Assembly: GCA_951406725.2 (NCBI GenBank)
Contig: OX597818.1
Location: 53,754,001-53,818,000, forward strand
Reading direction: 5' to 3'
Length of the DNA stretch: 64,000 bases
From: Octopus vulgaris
Taxonomy: Eukaryota
Shown: positions 13,405-26,529 of the stretch, piece by piece
How the letters are laid out: every line of letters starts with the position of its first letter
Position numbering within the stretch: the stretch's first letter is position 1
Position numbers and translations under genes: made by a program
The notes under the pieces: generated by a model
Databases searched by the model: none
Told to the model about the DNA's origin: nothing
Seen by the model: only the letters and a program-made list of their open reading frames with translations

Positions 13405-14094
13405 ACATATATATACACACGTATGTGTATACATATGATTATGTGATATAGTTGTCCTATTCGTTCTGGTCGACAATACACTGCAAAACAGTAACTTAAC
13501 CACCTTTGCTGTGTCTGGGCTGTTTCCAGGTGCAAGTGTACTTACCACCTCTCCACTCATTGATGCGCCATAATGAAGAGAGACGACAATACATTCGCAA
13601 CATCCATGGAACCACTTGGAATGCCAGATATTGGTTTTCTATGACGGTACTTATCTACCTAAAACTACCTCAGTCCGAACTTTCTGTAGACTTCTGTTAA
13701 ACGCTCAATATATTACCCAACAAAGTAGCAGGGGTTTATTAATATACTGGGTATGGTTTGTACTGACCCAGTGCCACCCTTTCGTCCTCCGAACTTCTAT
13801 TAGCCTGGTGCAATATGTGCCACAAGCTCAGGTTACAAGTTGCCTTCTCACAGACGAGCAGCTAAAGAGCTAAAGGAGCTCATCTGAACCCGGTCCGTTG
13901 GAGGCGCTGTGAGTGTCCGTCTTTATGTGGCCACTCAATTCCGTGATATGAAAATTAACCCATACTGTGACCCTGGGAGATGGTAATACTCTGGGTTTGA
14001 GTAGATCTGGGAATAATAGTGATTAAAAGGTGGTTCTACACTCGCCAAAACCCCGAAACTTTCAAATCAGGGTCTCGTGTAAATATATATGTGT

Positions 14095-14193
<99 letters not shown>

Positions 14194-14194
14194 C

Positions 14195-14408
14195 TTTGAT
14201 TCTTTTATTTATTTCAGTCATTTGACTGCGGCCAAGTAGAGCACCGGCTTTAGTCGAACAGATCGACCTCAGGAATTATTCTTTGTCAGCCTAGTACTTA
14301 TTCTATCGGTGTCTTTTGCCGAACCGCTACGATTACAATGATGTAAACACACCAACATCGGTTATCAAGCGAGGGTAGGAGGACAAACACAGGCACACAA
14401 ACATATAC

Positions 14409-14474
<66 letters not shown>

Positions 14475-16140
14475 TCTAGGGAAAATTCCTTTCTTTGTAG
14501 TTTGATCGTAGGTGATCTACTTCTAGCATACGGCCGACCACCTAGTGGTTTTGCTCTTCAAATATACACATGTATTAGAATTTTCTCTGATTTTTCAGAT
14601 TTTTGTATGCCAGGCTACTGGTTTTAAATTGATATTAATTAAATTAATATTCAATTTATCTCCCTCATTATATATATATATTGGTTGGCATCCTTTTTGT
14701 CTCGGGAGACAATGGAGTTGCGCATAAAGTAGTCTAGTCCGGCTTTTACATTTCATGTCCTAATACATTTCCTGCTGTGGCTGTGTAGTCCTATCCTGGA
14801 CAAACACTCCCTCTGGCAGGTACCGTCTTGTCTTTCCATTTCTCCCCCCCTCTCTCTCTCTCTCTGTCACTCCTTTGTATTCCCTCTTTTACGGTACGTC
14901 GCCAATCTCCACGGTTGCCGGCAACTACCTCCCAACCGCTAATATTGATGTTGCAGGCCTCCATGTCCCTTTTGCAAACATCCTTGTAACGTAAGAACGG
15001 TCTTCCCACAGACCTAGTACCCCTAGCAAGCTCTTCGTAGAGTATGTCCTTGGGGATTCTGCCATCTTTCATACGGCTAACATGCCCAAGCCATCTCATA
15101 CGTCTTTGTGTGAGGAGTGCATGCATGCTTGGTATTCCTGCTTGCTTGAAGACATCTTTGTTGAGGATATGATTCTGCCATTTGATGCGAAGGATTTTCC
15201 GGAGGCAGCGCAGGTGAAAGATGTTTAGGCGACGCTCTTGGCGTGTGTATGGCGTCCAAGTCTCACTTCCATACAGTAGAGTGCTAAGTACGCATGCCTG
15301 GTAGATCTTCATTTTCGTGGTCTTGGTCAGCTTATTGTTGTCCCATGCCCGTTTGGAGAGTTGGGCCATCGCAGCAGCTGCCTTGCCAATGCGTATATTG
15401 AGCTCAGCGTCAAGGGATAGGTTGTAGGTGACGGTAGAGCCAAGATAGGTAAATTTATCCACCTCCTGTAATCTGTGGTCTCCAATATGTATGTTTGTGA
15501 TGTCCGATGTAGCCTGACCCATGATGTTGGTCTTCTTAAGGCTGATAGCTAAGCCAAAGTCGTTACATGCTTGCTCAAAACAGTTAATGAGCCTTTGTAG
15601 GGCTTCTTCAGTGTGTGATACCAGAGCGATATCATCAGCAAATAGCATCTCCTTGATCAGGACGCTTCTGATTTTGGTCTTGGCACGCAGGCGCGAGAGA
15701 CTGAACACAGTTTCCCGTCACTTCTACTATGCAGAAACACTCCATCATCTGATGTCTGAAAGGCATGTGAGAGCAAGAGCTAGAAGAAAATGCCAAATAA
15801 TGTAGGAGCGAGGACACAACCTTGCTTTACCCCGTTTTTTATTTGGAAGCCGGCTGATGTTGAACCATTGTGCTGTATGGTGCCTTGCATATCATCATGG
15901 AAAGACTTGATGACCTCAGCAGCTTTGGTGGACATCCGATTTTTTGGAGCAGGATGAAGAGACCTTTTCTACTTACCGAGTCAAAGGGCCTTTGTCAGAT
16001 CAATGAAGGCCATATATAATGGCATTTTCTGCTCTCTGGACTTCTCCTGAAGTTGGCGTATGGAGAATATCATGTCAATAGTTGATCTGCTTCTTCTAAA
16101 GCCACACTGCGATTTCGGATAAATTCGAGAAGCAAGTAGT

Positions 16141-16185
<45 letters not shown>

Positions 16186-16347
16186 GAAGGGTTTCTTTCA
16201 GTTTCCGTCTACCAAATCCACTCACAAGATGTTGGTCTGCCCGAGGCTATAGCAAAATACACTTGCCCAAGGTGCCACGCAGTGGGACTGAACCCAGGAC
16301 CATGTGGCTGGTAAGCAATATTCTTACCACACACCCACTCCTGCGCC
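14195..16347 (-). mobile_element. SINE family A split at its internal (TA)n by ~1.7 kb of nested insertions
   Basis: 3' half at ~14195-14400 and 5' half at ~16183-16347, same orientation, both abutting (TA)n. Confidence 0.75.
14681..16138 (-). pseudogene. 5'-truncated RTE-clade LINE (RT C-terminal part plus 3' UTR)
   Basis: ORF 14791-15708 contains MLFADDIALV, KFTYLGS, STLLYGSETW and RWLGHVSRMKDGRIPKDILY; upstream frameshifted RT sequence (GVKQGCVLAP, FIDLTK). Confidence 0.92.
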
Positions 16348-16466
16348 TATACATACATGCTTTAGATATACAATAAATTGGAAGAGTTAACTTGCATGTA
16401 TCTCCAGTCTTTATGCCTGTATGTATAAGTGTATATATGTATATGTGTGTGTATTATATGCGTACA

Positions 16467-16497
<31 letters not shown>

Positions 16498-17217
16498 TAA
16501 ATTAGAGATAAAACCACTATTGGGCAAATCAAACAGTGAAAAACATAAACCAAAACATAGAAATAAAAAATTAATTACTATAATATACAAAATATATAAA
16601 ATATAAAATTCAAAATTTAAAATATATACATGCATATACGTATATGCCTGTATATACTTGTATGACACATCATTATAAACAAAGCACATGCAATCAGCCA
16701 GAAAATCTTGGCCACATTGTTATATTATCACAGAAGAATATATATATATACACTGTTGACGCAATATATATTAAAGCTGTTAGATGACTCGTTGTGGGTC
16801 CTTGTAAGTCAGAGAGAGAGAGAGAGAGAGAGTGGTGAGAGACAGACTGCAACCAGGAGAAACTTTCCTTCGAAGGCACTATAGATTATTCTAGCATTTA
16901 GTTTTAGTTTCAATAATAATGGAATGTTAAGTGTTTCCATATGTGCTGTCGATGGCCTAGACTTAATGCTTAATATGCTGACGTAGTGCTCGTGGCTTGT
17001 TTCTTTACACCATTCGCTTTTGTACCAGGGCAATGTTTACTAATAACTGAACGGCGTCGTCAATCGTAAGGTGATAACACACATTAGCGCCGTTGGAAAT
17101 CGGTTACAAAGTAATATGTTGTATGATACTTAGAACAACAAGCAAACACCAATGTTAACAAACGTGGTTGTGTGTGTGAGTGTAAGTGTGTGTGTGTGCA
17201 TGTGAGTGTGCGTGCTG

Positions 17218-17387
<170 letters not shown>

Positions 17388-17442
17388 TATATATATATAC
17401 ATATTTATATACACACATATATATATATACATATATATATAA

Positions 17443-17482
<40 letters not shown>

Positions 17483-17927
17483 CTTGCTTCAGTCACTGGA
17501 CGGTGGCTGGCCAATCCGAGGCGTCACATATACATGAGGAAGGCATAACGAGCCAGAAATACACATAGGTGTCCAGAGGGGGCGCCATTGAGGTGATAAT
17601 AGAAGTGAGAATTATTTTTATCCACGTTAAACTGCAGTGAAATTTCCTTCAGAATTTAGAATATCATACAATCATAGCTAGGCTAACCTGAAGTTGGTTT
17701 ATTCCCCATTACTGCTTCGTGAACACGCGCACACACGCACACACACACACACAAGCACATACACACACACACACGCGCGCGCGCACATACACACACATAC
17801 ACACACATGCACACACATACATACACACACATACACACAAATCCATATATATCAACAGTGAAAAATAAATACTGAAAGAACCAACCAGAGATTTTATTAC
17901 TGACGTGCGTTCAGGACAACAGATTCG

Positions 17928-18347
17928 TTAGAAGAAGAAGAAGAAGAAGAAGAAGAAGAAGAAGAAGAAGAAGAAGAAGAAGAAGAAGAAGAAGAAGAAG
18001 GAAGAAGAAGAAGGAAGAAGAAGAAGAAGAAGAAGAAGAAGAAGAAGAAAGAAGAAGAAGAAGAAGAAGAAGAAGAAGAAGAAGAAGAAGAAGAGGAGGA
18101 GGAGAAGAAGAAGAAGAAGAAGAAGAAGAAGAAGAAGAAGAAAGAGAAGAAGAAGAAGAAGAAGAAGAAGAAGAAGAAGAAGAAGAAGAAGAAGAAGAAG
18201 AAGAAGAAGAAGAAGGAGGAGGAGGAGAAGAAGAAGAAGAAGAAGAAGAAGAAGAAGAAGAGGAGGAGGAAGAAGAAGAAGAAGAAGAAGAAGAAGAAGA
18301 AGAAGAAGAAAAAGTAGGAGTAGAAGAAGGAGAAGGAGTAGAAGAAG

Positions 18348-18379
<32 letters not shown>

Positions 18380-18392
18380 GGAGTAGAAGAAG

Positions 18393-18424
<32 letters not shown>

Positions 18425-18569
18425 GGAGTAGAAGAAGAAGAACGAGAAGAAGAAGAAGAAGAAGTAGGAGTAGAAGAAGAAGAAGGAGAAGAAGAAGAAG
18501 AAGAAGAAGAAGAAGAAGAAGAAGAAGAAGAAGAAGAAGAAGAAGAAGAAAAAGAAGAAGAAGAAGAAA
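17928..18569. repeat. ~640-bp (GAA)n polypurine microsatellite
   Basis: Direct reading. Confidence 0.97.
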
Positions 18570-18924
18570 CTTCCTGTGAGTGATGGAAAGTGGAACGGCT
18601 ATTGGGAGGTGGCTGCAGATTTACCAGGGTGCCAAAGATTCCTTCCCATCTCAGGTTACGAAGAAACCTGTTATATGGTGTGAAAGAAAGCAAATGGTAA
18701 CATGAACGCCACTCGGGCTCGAAAGATTAACCGTTAAGAAAACCTCCTCGGGGCCTTTTCAAATCGAAGTTGGATGTAGAGGATTCGTTGGACACAGTGT
18801 GAGGCGACTATTGTTATCGTTAGACCTAACACATCGTAAAGTAAATACCACCATGATTGATATTCAAACTACAATGGAAAGGGCAAGCCGCAGGATTTGG
18901 TTAAAAAGAAGCGTTGAGCAATAA
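18570..18924 (+). pseudogene. HERO-like non-LTR retrotransposon C-terminal (restriction-like endonuclease) fragment
   Basis: 18763-18924 translates IEVGCRGFVGHSVRRLLLSLDLTHRKVNTTMIDIQTTMERASRRIWLKRSVEQ*; EVGCRGF...AS.xIW.KR is the HERO-type C-terminal pattern. Not in the ORF track. Confidence 0.72.
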
Positions 18925-19008
18925 TGACTTGTGGGTACGTGGTATTTCGTTATGCAACCATAACGTATATTTATGTTTTTATAAGCCAACACTACATCCT
19001 GCTGCGTT

Positions 19009-19128
19009 AGCAGTACTTATTACATTATTTTGTTAAGGTTATTTCTACAGAAATTATAGCCAGAAATTAGAGTGCAGGCTATAATTTGTGTACAAATATC
19101 CTTAACAAAATAACGATGAGTAATGGCT
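19009..19128. repeat. Short imperfect palindrome (MITE-like remnant)
   Basis: TTATTTTGTTAAGG...AAATTATAGCC / GGCTATAATTT...CCTTAACAAAATAA. Confidence 0.75.
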
Positions 19129-19338
19129 AGAAGGATCTGATAACCAGTTGATCTAGCAGGCGGGGACCTCGTTTCAGTGAGAGGGTTCGGTGCGCAATGA
19201 TGCCATCGAGAATCAAGGCTCGAATCAGCGTCGTTCTTTCATGATGACCCCCATAAACCTACTAGCATCCGGTATGCGGAGCATTCAATTGGTAGTTGTT
19301 TTTAAATGTGTGTGCGTGTGTGAGTGTGTGTGTGTGTT

Positions 19339-19401
<63 letters not shown>

Positions 19402-19734
19402 TTCATGTCCTTCGTAAAAGATACAGCACTGTGTGATTTTATAAGAAAAATATGAACTTTCAGAACTGATATTATGGAAGTTTGATTTTATTTATTTCAA
19501 TTTTCTTTACGAGCAGGCAGGAATCGTTAGCACGCCGGGAGAAATGCTTAGCGGCATTTCGTCCGTCTTTTCTTCTGAATCCTAATTCCATTAAGGAGAA
19601 CACTTTGCCTTTCATCCTTCCAGGGTCGATAAAACAAGTACCAGCTGAGTACTGGGGTCCATGTAATTGGCATAATCCTTCCCATGAAATTGCTGGGCTT
19701 GTGCCAAAATTGGAAACCAATATGTATGTATATA

Positions 19735-21005
19735 CATGTGTTGGACAAAATATTGGAAACATTTAGCTTTATAGCATCATAATTTTGAAATATCTATAAA
19801 ACCGTCAAAAGCTTGTTTATTCTTAAGTTTTTCTTATTTATTATTAATGTTGCTTAATATGTTTTGCTAAAATTGATGTTTCTTTTGCAGATATCATCAG
19901 AAAAGGGTAATTAAAATTCATTAAAATGACAGATCTATCGGACTTTCAAAGAAGTCAAATTGTTTGTGCTCGTATGGCAGGCGCTAGCGTAACGAAAACA
20001 GCAGAAGTGTTCGGTGTATCAAGAAGTACTGTCTCGAAAGTAATGACAGTTTTTGAAAAAGAGGGAAAAACCTCCTCGTCGAAGCAAAACTCCGGCAGAA
20101 AACCAAAACTTTCAGATAGCAATCGTCGGACTTTTACGCGAATTGTTAGAAAGGATCACAAAAGTACAGCTCCCAAAATTATTGCAGGACTTAATGACCA
20201 CCTCAAGAACCGAGTCTCAACAAAAACTGTTCGCCGGGAGCTGCACAAAGCCAGATTTTACGGGAAGGCTACAATCATCAAACCACTACTTTCAAAAACA
20301 AATGTTGCAAAGCGTTTAGAGTGGAGTAAAAATCTACAGAATTGGTTTCTAGAGAAGTGGAAGAATGTTATTTTCTCGGACGAGTTATCCTTTACTTTAT
20401 TTCCGACCACCGGCTGAGTATACGTGTGGAGACAGCCAAAAAAAGCATTTGACCCAGAGTGCCTTCTTTCAACTGTTAAACATGGAGGAGGATCTATGAT
20501 GATCTTGGGGGCTGTATCTTGGAAACCCGCCGGCCCAATGGTTTCCCTTCATGGCAGAATTAAGAATCAGGACTAAGCATTTTATCTGATCAAATTCATT
20601 CTATGCTTGCGGAACTGTTTCCGGAGGGAAACGCAATCTTTCAAGATGATAATGCACTAATTTACACAGCTAAAGTAGTTACTGAATGGCACGAGGAACA
20701 TTCTAGTGAAGTTGAACATCTTATCTGGCCACCTCAGTCCCCAGATCTCAATATTACTGAACATCTATGGTGCATTTTAGAAAAACAAGTAAGGAGTCGA
20801 TATCCTCCAGCATCATCACTACAAGAACTGGAGACTGTTTTAGCTGAAGAATGGACAAAAATTCCTTTGGAAACAATTCAAACTTTGTACAAGTCCAAAC
20901 CTTGTAGAAATCAAGCTGTAATTACTGCCAAAGGCGGTCCTGCCCCATATTAAAATGAATTTGTTTGAAATTTTAAGGTATTTCCATTATTTTGTCCAAC
21001 CCCTG
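19735..21005 (+). mobile_element. Tc1/mariner DNA transposon, DD36E type, ~1.27 kb, defective
   Basis: TIRs CATGTGTTGGACAAAATATTGGAAA / TTTCCATTATTTTGTCCAACCCCTG; TA on the left flank; internal transposase. Confidence 0.9.
19926..20953 (+). pseudogene. Tc1-family transposase with a premature stop (20415-17) and further disruption near 20575
   Basis: HTH N-terminus, GRKPK linker, VIFSDE, FQDDNA, WPPQSPDLNITE. Confidence 0.92.
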
Positions 21006-21290
21006 ATTGTATACAGGAGTTAATGAACAATTAAAAGAAAGCAGCACTCCATTGATGGAGTTATAATTTTCACTCAACTCCATTTTGATTTTCACTGAGT
21101 TTTTCACTTAGCTTCTTGGGCGTAGAACACATTCACATCTTCAGCTGCTCGGAAATAAATACTATCTCCAAAGGAATCTGATGATAGTTCGGAAGTGCTC
21201 TGCGCCCACGAACCTTTAAGTAATACGTAGCACGTTTTTGTTTTGAGTGTGTGTGTGTGTGTACATGCATTTAAGCACATATACATATCA

Positions 21291-21395
<105 letters not shown>

Positions 21396-21421
21396 CACAC
21401 ATACATACATACATACATACA

Positions 21422-21457
<36 letters not shown>

Positions 21458-21464
21458 TATAACT

Positions 21465-22150
21465 TAGAATAACTTAGAAAGGTTTTGGCCAGTATTGGCC
21501 CAGGCCATGTCTAACTTAATAGCACCACCTGGCGAAGTCTTTCAATTCAGGATTTGGGCACCAAGGCCTATTCGAGCAGAGAGTTATTGTTTGCGGAGAC
21601 ATATCCGGGTGTGGGTGGTTTGTCCGGGACTGTTTGAAGGAATTTGTCCAGAGACTTCTTGAATTTTGTGTGGTCAGTTTCTTTTTTGATGTGTCCTGGT
21701 GTAATGTTGAAGAGAGCGGATCCAATTGAGGTGAAATAGTTGTGCCGTATTGTCGTTATGTGATGCTATTTAGATTTTTGTTGTGGACGGATGGCACGTG
21801 GTCCAAGCCTTGGATGTATTTTGAAGGTGATGCCAACATCATTCGGACAGTGCTGATGGAATATTTTCCACATCATACAGATAATGTAGCGTTCACGGCG
21901 TCGTTGGAGTGAATACAGTTTCAGCTTCTCTAGTCTACCCCAGTAGTCAAGGTCTGACATGCCATCTATCATTTTTGTGATTGACCTTTGGGGAGCTTCA
22001 ATTCTCATAATATTTTGTTTTGTGTAGGGAGACCACAGTGGACAGCAGTATTCAAGGTGGGGTCGGGCAAAAGTGGAGAAGAGAAGGATAATAGTGTGGG
22101 AATCTCTCGACTGGAAGGTTCTGAGAATCCAGGAACATATTCTGCGGGCC
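21465..22150 (-). pseudogene. CR1-group LINE 3' end
   Basis: ARPHLEYCCPLWSP, LKLYSLQRRRERY, then LDKFLQTVPDKP; short tandem tail. Confidence 0.88.
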
Positions 22151-22169
22151 ATATATATATATATAGGTT

Positions 22170-22680
22170 ATAAGAGATAATGGTGTCATTGAGACTCAAA
22201 GGTGTCAGGTAAATGCTGAATAAGTGCTATAGACAGACCATAGTTAAGTTCCAGATTCGGTAATATTGCGAATAAAGGGTCCAACGTTGGTTCTATGTCA
22301 GCGTGTGTATATAAGAATTTTTTGCGTAATAAGATAAAAAAAACCAAGGCTGTATAGATATTAGAGCATTTCTAGATAGAAGGTCTTACAGATGTTTCTA
22401 GGATATTTATTAATCATATCCCTTCATCGGAGACGGTGTGAGAGGATGGTTATGTCATAGTTAGTTTAGATGTGATACAAAATAGAGAGTGAGATGGAGG
22501 AAAGAAAATAGAGGCAAGATATGCATGGTTATTGAAGTTGTAAATCCATATTTTAGGCAGAATGGTACATGTGCAATATTCCAATATCCTTTGAGTAAAG
22601 TCCAAAAGTCCAACAGAATTTAAAATGAGTCCATCCAAATATAGAGTTTATAACCAATGTTCCTTTATGAGTGAGATCAA
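22170..22680 (-). mobile_element. Penelope-like element 3' end / pseudo-LTR fragment
   Basis: Decayed GIY-YIG C-terminus (KEHWL*TLYLDGL, compare the E.xWI..L.T..P.GLN pattern) followed by an HHR; abuts (TA)n. Confidence 0.6.
22383..22434 (-). ncRNA. Type I hammerhead ribozyme motif (core U4>C, probably inactive)
   Basis: Minus strand: GTCT-CCGATGA-AGGGATAT(loop)ATATCCTA-GAAA-CATCTG-TA-AGAC; stems I, II and III all pair. Confidence 0.75.
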
Positions 22681-23017
22681 GATCCTAAGGTCGTGAGTTC
22701 AATTCCCGGTGATGCGTTGTGTTCTTGAGCAAGACACTTTATTTCATGTTGCTCCAGTCCCTTCAGCTGGCAAAAATGAGTAGTACCTATATTTCAAAGG
22801 GCCAGCCTTGTCAAACTTTGTGTTACGTTGAATCTCCCTGAGAACTACGTTAATGGTACACGTCTCTGTGTAGTGCTCAGCCACTTGCACCTTAATTTCA
22901 CGAGCAAGCTGTTCCGTTGATCGTATCAACTGGGAGCCTCGTTGCAACCGACGGAGTGCTCCCACAATATATAATAGCACATACATACACAATACTGCAC
23001 TTACAAGCATATATACC

Positions 23018-23250
23018 TTTTTCTTTACTACCCACAAGGGGCCAAACACAGAGGGGACAAACAAGGACAGACAAACGGATTAAGTCGATTATATCGACCC
23101 CAGTATTCAACTGGTACTTATTTAATCGACCCCGAAAGGATGAAAGGCAAAGTCGACCTCGGCGGAATTTGAACTCAGAACGTAGCGGCAAACGAAATAC
23201 CGCTAAGCATTTCACCCTGAGTGCTAACGTTTCTGCCAGCTCGCCGCCTT
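23018..23250 (-). mobile_element. SINE family B monomer
   Basis: Complete reverse-complement copy. Confidence 0.88.
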
Positions 23251-23551
23251 AAAGCATATATACCTGTATATGCTTATGCATTTGTCTGTGTCTGTTTCTC
23301 TCTACAACCATCTACGAGGCTATCAGTTTGCCTATTTATCTATCATTCTGTATGCCTGCATGCCTGTCATTCTGTATATCTTCATGACTATGCAGAGAGT
23401 GGCCGTGTAGTAAAAAAGCTTGCCCCCAACCACATGGTTTCAGCTTCAGTTCCACTGCATAACACTTTGGGCAAGTGTCTTCTACTATATCCTCGGGACA
23501 ACCAAAGCCTTGTGAGTCGATTTGGTGGATGGAAACTGAAAAGAGCCCGTC

Positions 23552-23610
<59 letters not shown>

Positions 23611-23729
23611 AAATAAGGACAAAAGAAAAATTCTAATGCCAAATATGCCGAAAATAGACAAACTTGTCAATAACCATTATAATTTATGCGTCTCGAAACA
23701 AGCCGAAAGAAATTTCTAAATAATTCCGT

Positions 23730-23795
23730 TATTACCGTATTGGTCCCAATTTCAGAGTTAATTCATAAGAATTTTCCCCTCCTCAGCGATACATA
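23730..23795 (-). ncRNA. Type I hammerhead ribozyme motif (mirror copy)
   Basis: Reverse complement of 23964-24029. Confidence 0.72.
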
Positions 23796-23963
23796 CGTAA
23801 GACATAAATGAAATACTTACTCGTACTCATGGAAAAAGCAAGCACTAAGTCCTAAGTGCTGAAGATTTTCTATTTTGGATATATTTGGGGTACTTAGGTC
23901 TGCTCAGGACTTAGTGCTTGCTTTTTCCATGAGTATGAGTAAGTATTTCATTTATGTCTTACG

Positions 23964-24029
23964 TATTTATCGCTGAGGAGGAGAAAATTCTTATGAATTA
24001 ACTCTGAAATTGGGACCAATACGGTAATA
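23964..24029 (+). ncRNA. Type I hammerhead ribozyme motif, intact core
   Basis: TTTATCG-CTGAGGA(23973-79)-GGAG...CTCT-GAAA(24006-09)-TTGG GA CCAA-TA^CGGTAA; predicted cleavage after 24021. Confidence 0.75.
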
Positions 24030-24154
24030 ACGGAAATTTTTAGAAATTTCTTTCCGCTTGTTTCGAGACGCATAAATTATAATGGTTATTGACAATTTTG
24101 TCTATTTTCGGCATACTTGGCATTAGAATTTTTTTTTTGCCTTTATTTTATAAG

Positions 24155-24212
<58 letters not shown>

Positions 24213-25132
24213 GACGGGCTCTTATTTATAAATTTAACCTTTAAAGGTATTTTTTAATATGCTGGCCATTGATAAAGTTTTTTTTGAAAAAGAAAATCCT
24301 ACATTAGATGTATATATATATATATATATATATTTGTGTGTGTATTTGTGTCTCTTGTTTACGACCCTGTAACTTAGCGGTTCGGCAATAGAGACCGATA
24401 TAATAAATACTAGGCTTACAAAGAATAAGTCCTAGGGTTGATTTGTTCGCCTAAAGGCAGTGCTCCAGCATGACTCCAGCCAAATGACTGAAACAAGTAA
24501 AAGAAAAAAAAAGAATAAAAGGATATACATATGTATGTATGTATTTATGCATGTACGTATGTATGTATTATGTATGTATGTATGTATGTATGTATGTATA
24601 TATATATATATATATATACATATATATATACATATATATGTATGTATGTATTTGTCTGTGTATTTATATGGCTCAGCATAGCTGCAGTCCAATGGATGAA
24701 ACAAGTGAAATAAAAGAATAAAGATAGAGAGAGAGGTGGAGAGAGAGAGAAACAGAGAGAGAGAAAAAAACAGATAGAAGGAGATCTATTTACTACTGTA
24801 TAGATATTTTTGTTTATCTATATCTATTTGTATGAGGTGGAATTGAGAAATGGTTGGATTAAAACGTCTGTTGATAAATCTGACATGACAGTTAGCACCA
24901 CCGAAAAATAGGAATTAATGATTAAGTATTTAAGAATTAAAACAAGTTAGAATTACAAAATGTTGAAAATACATTAATTATTATTACTATAATAATTAAC
25001 TAATGGTTTGGGAAAATATTATGAAGATTAGTTAAGATTTTGTGGTAGAGATAGCTGGAGGTACAAGGAAAACAAGGATTGAGAATGTTTAATATGGAAA
25101 TGGAAATAAAATAAAACCAAATCATAACTGGA

Positions 25133-25236
<104 letters not shown>

Positions 25237-25634
25237 TAGTAATAATAATAATAATCTGACAGTTTCTTTGCCCCAGGAGTCGGGAAGACACTCGGCAAGA
25301 AATGGAAGCAAATTTGAAAGAAGAAAAAAAAAGGAAGAAAAAAATAATAATAATAATGATGATGATAGTCTCGGGCCCGAAAGGATGAAAGGCAAAGTCG
25401 ACCTCGGCGGAATTTGAACTTAGAAATACCGCTAAGCATTTCGAAATACCGCTAAGCAGACGAAATACCGCTAAGCATTTCGCCCGGCGTGCTAACGTTG
25501 CTGCCAGCTCGCCGCCTTTATATCCAACATACCAGCAGCTCGCACATACACACAAAGACTTGTGAGTGGATATGGCAGACGGAAACTGAAAGAAGCCCGT
25601 CGTATATATGTATATATATATATGTGTGTGTGTA

Positions 25635-25671
<37 letters not shown>

Positions 25672-26529
25672 ATGTATATGTTTGTGTGTCTGTGTTTGTC
25701 CTCCCAACATCGCTTGACAACCGATGGTGGTGTGTGTTTACGTCCCCGTAACTAGTGGTTCTGCAAAAGACACCAATAGATTAAGTACTAGGCTTACAAA
25801 GAATGAGTCCTGGTGTCGATTTGCTCGACTAAAGGTGGTGCTCCAGCATGGCCACAGTCAAATGACTGAAACAAGTAAAAGAGTATGCATGCATGTATGT
25901 ATGTATGTATGTATGTATGTATGTATGTATGTATGTATGTATGTATGTATGTATGTACGTATGTATGAATGGCCATGGAGTAGAAAAATTCGCTCGTAGA
26001 CTTCAAAAGTGAACCAGCAAAATAAATTTTTAACATCTATTTCGATATATTCAAAATAAAAAAAATACCCGCAATTATTATTACTCTTTTACTCTTTTGC
26101 TTGTTTCAGTCATTTGACTGTAGCCACGCTGGAGCAGCGCCTTTAGTCGAACAAATCGACCCCAGGACTCATTCTTTGGAAGCCTAGTACTTATTCTGTC
26201 GGTCAAATTATAATAATAATTCTTTAGTTAGACTGGCATTAAGACGAAGTACGATATATGCAACATACCAGCAGCTCGCACATACATAAACACTCGCACA
26301 TACATACATACCTACATACATACATACATACATACATACATACATACATACATACATACATACATACATACATGCATACATACATACATTCACAGAAACT
26401 AATTTACTTCAAGAATACCTATTAGTTTGAACATCGTTTTTATTAAAGAATAGTTTCTTAGGTAGTTCCATACATAAGTCACAGATTCTTTAATAAAACT
26501 ACATTAGATATAAGCTATAACAGTACTTT

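Larger units (their letters stand above)
23541..24223. mobile_element. ~680-bp fold-back module (arms ~315 bp, loop 23857-23902) inside the (TA)n of a SINE A; Penelope pseudo-LTR-like
   Basis: Near-perfect inverted arms including (TA)n and AAGAGCCCGTCG / CGACGGGCTCTT; each arm carries an HHR. SINE A 5' part at 23398-23552, 3' part at ~24335-24505. Confidence 0.85.

Noticed and set aside
17047-17115. AACGGCG/CGCCGTT stem followed by GAAATCGGTT
   Set aside because: The CUGANGA core is incomplete.
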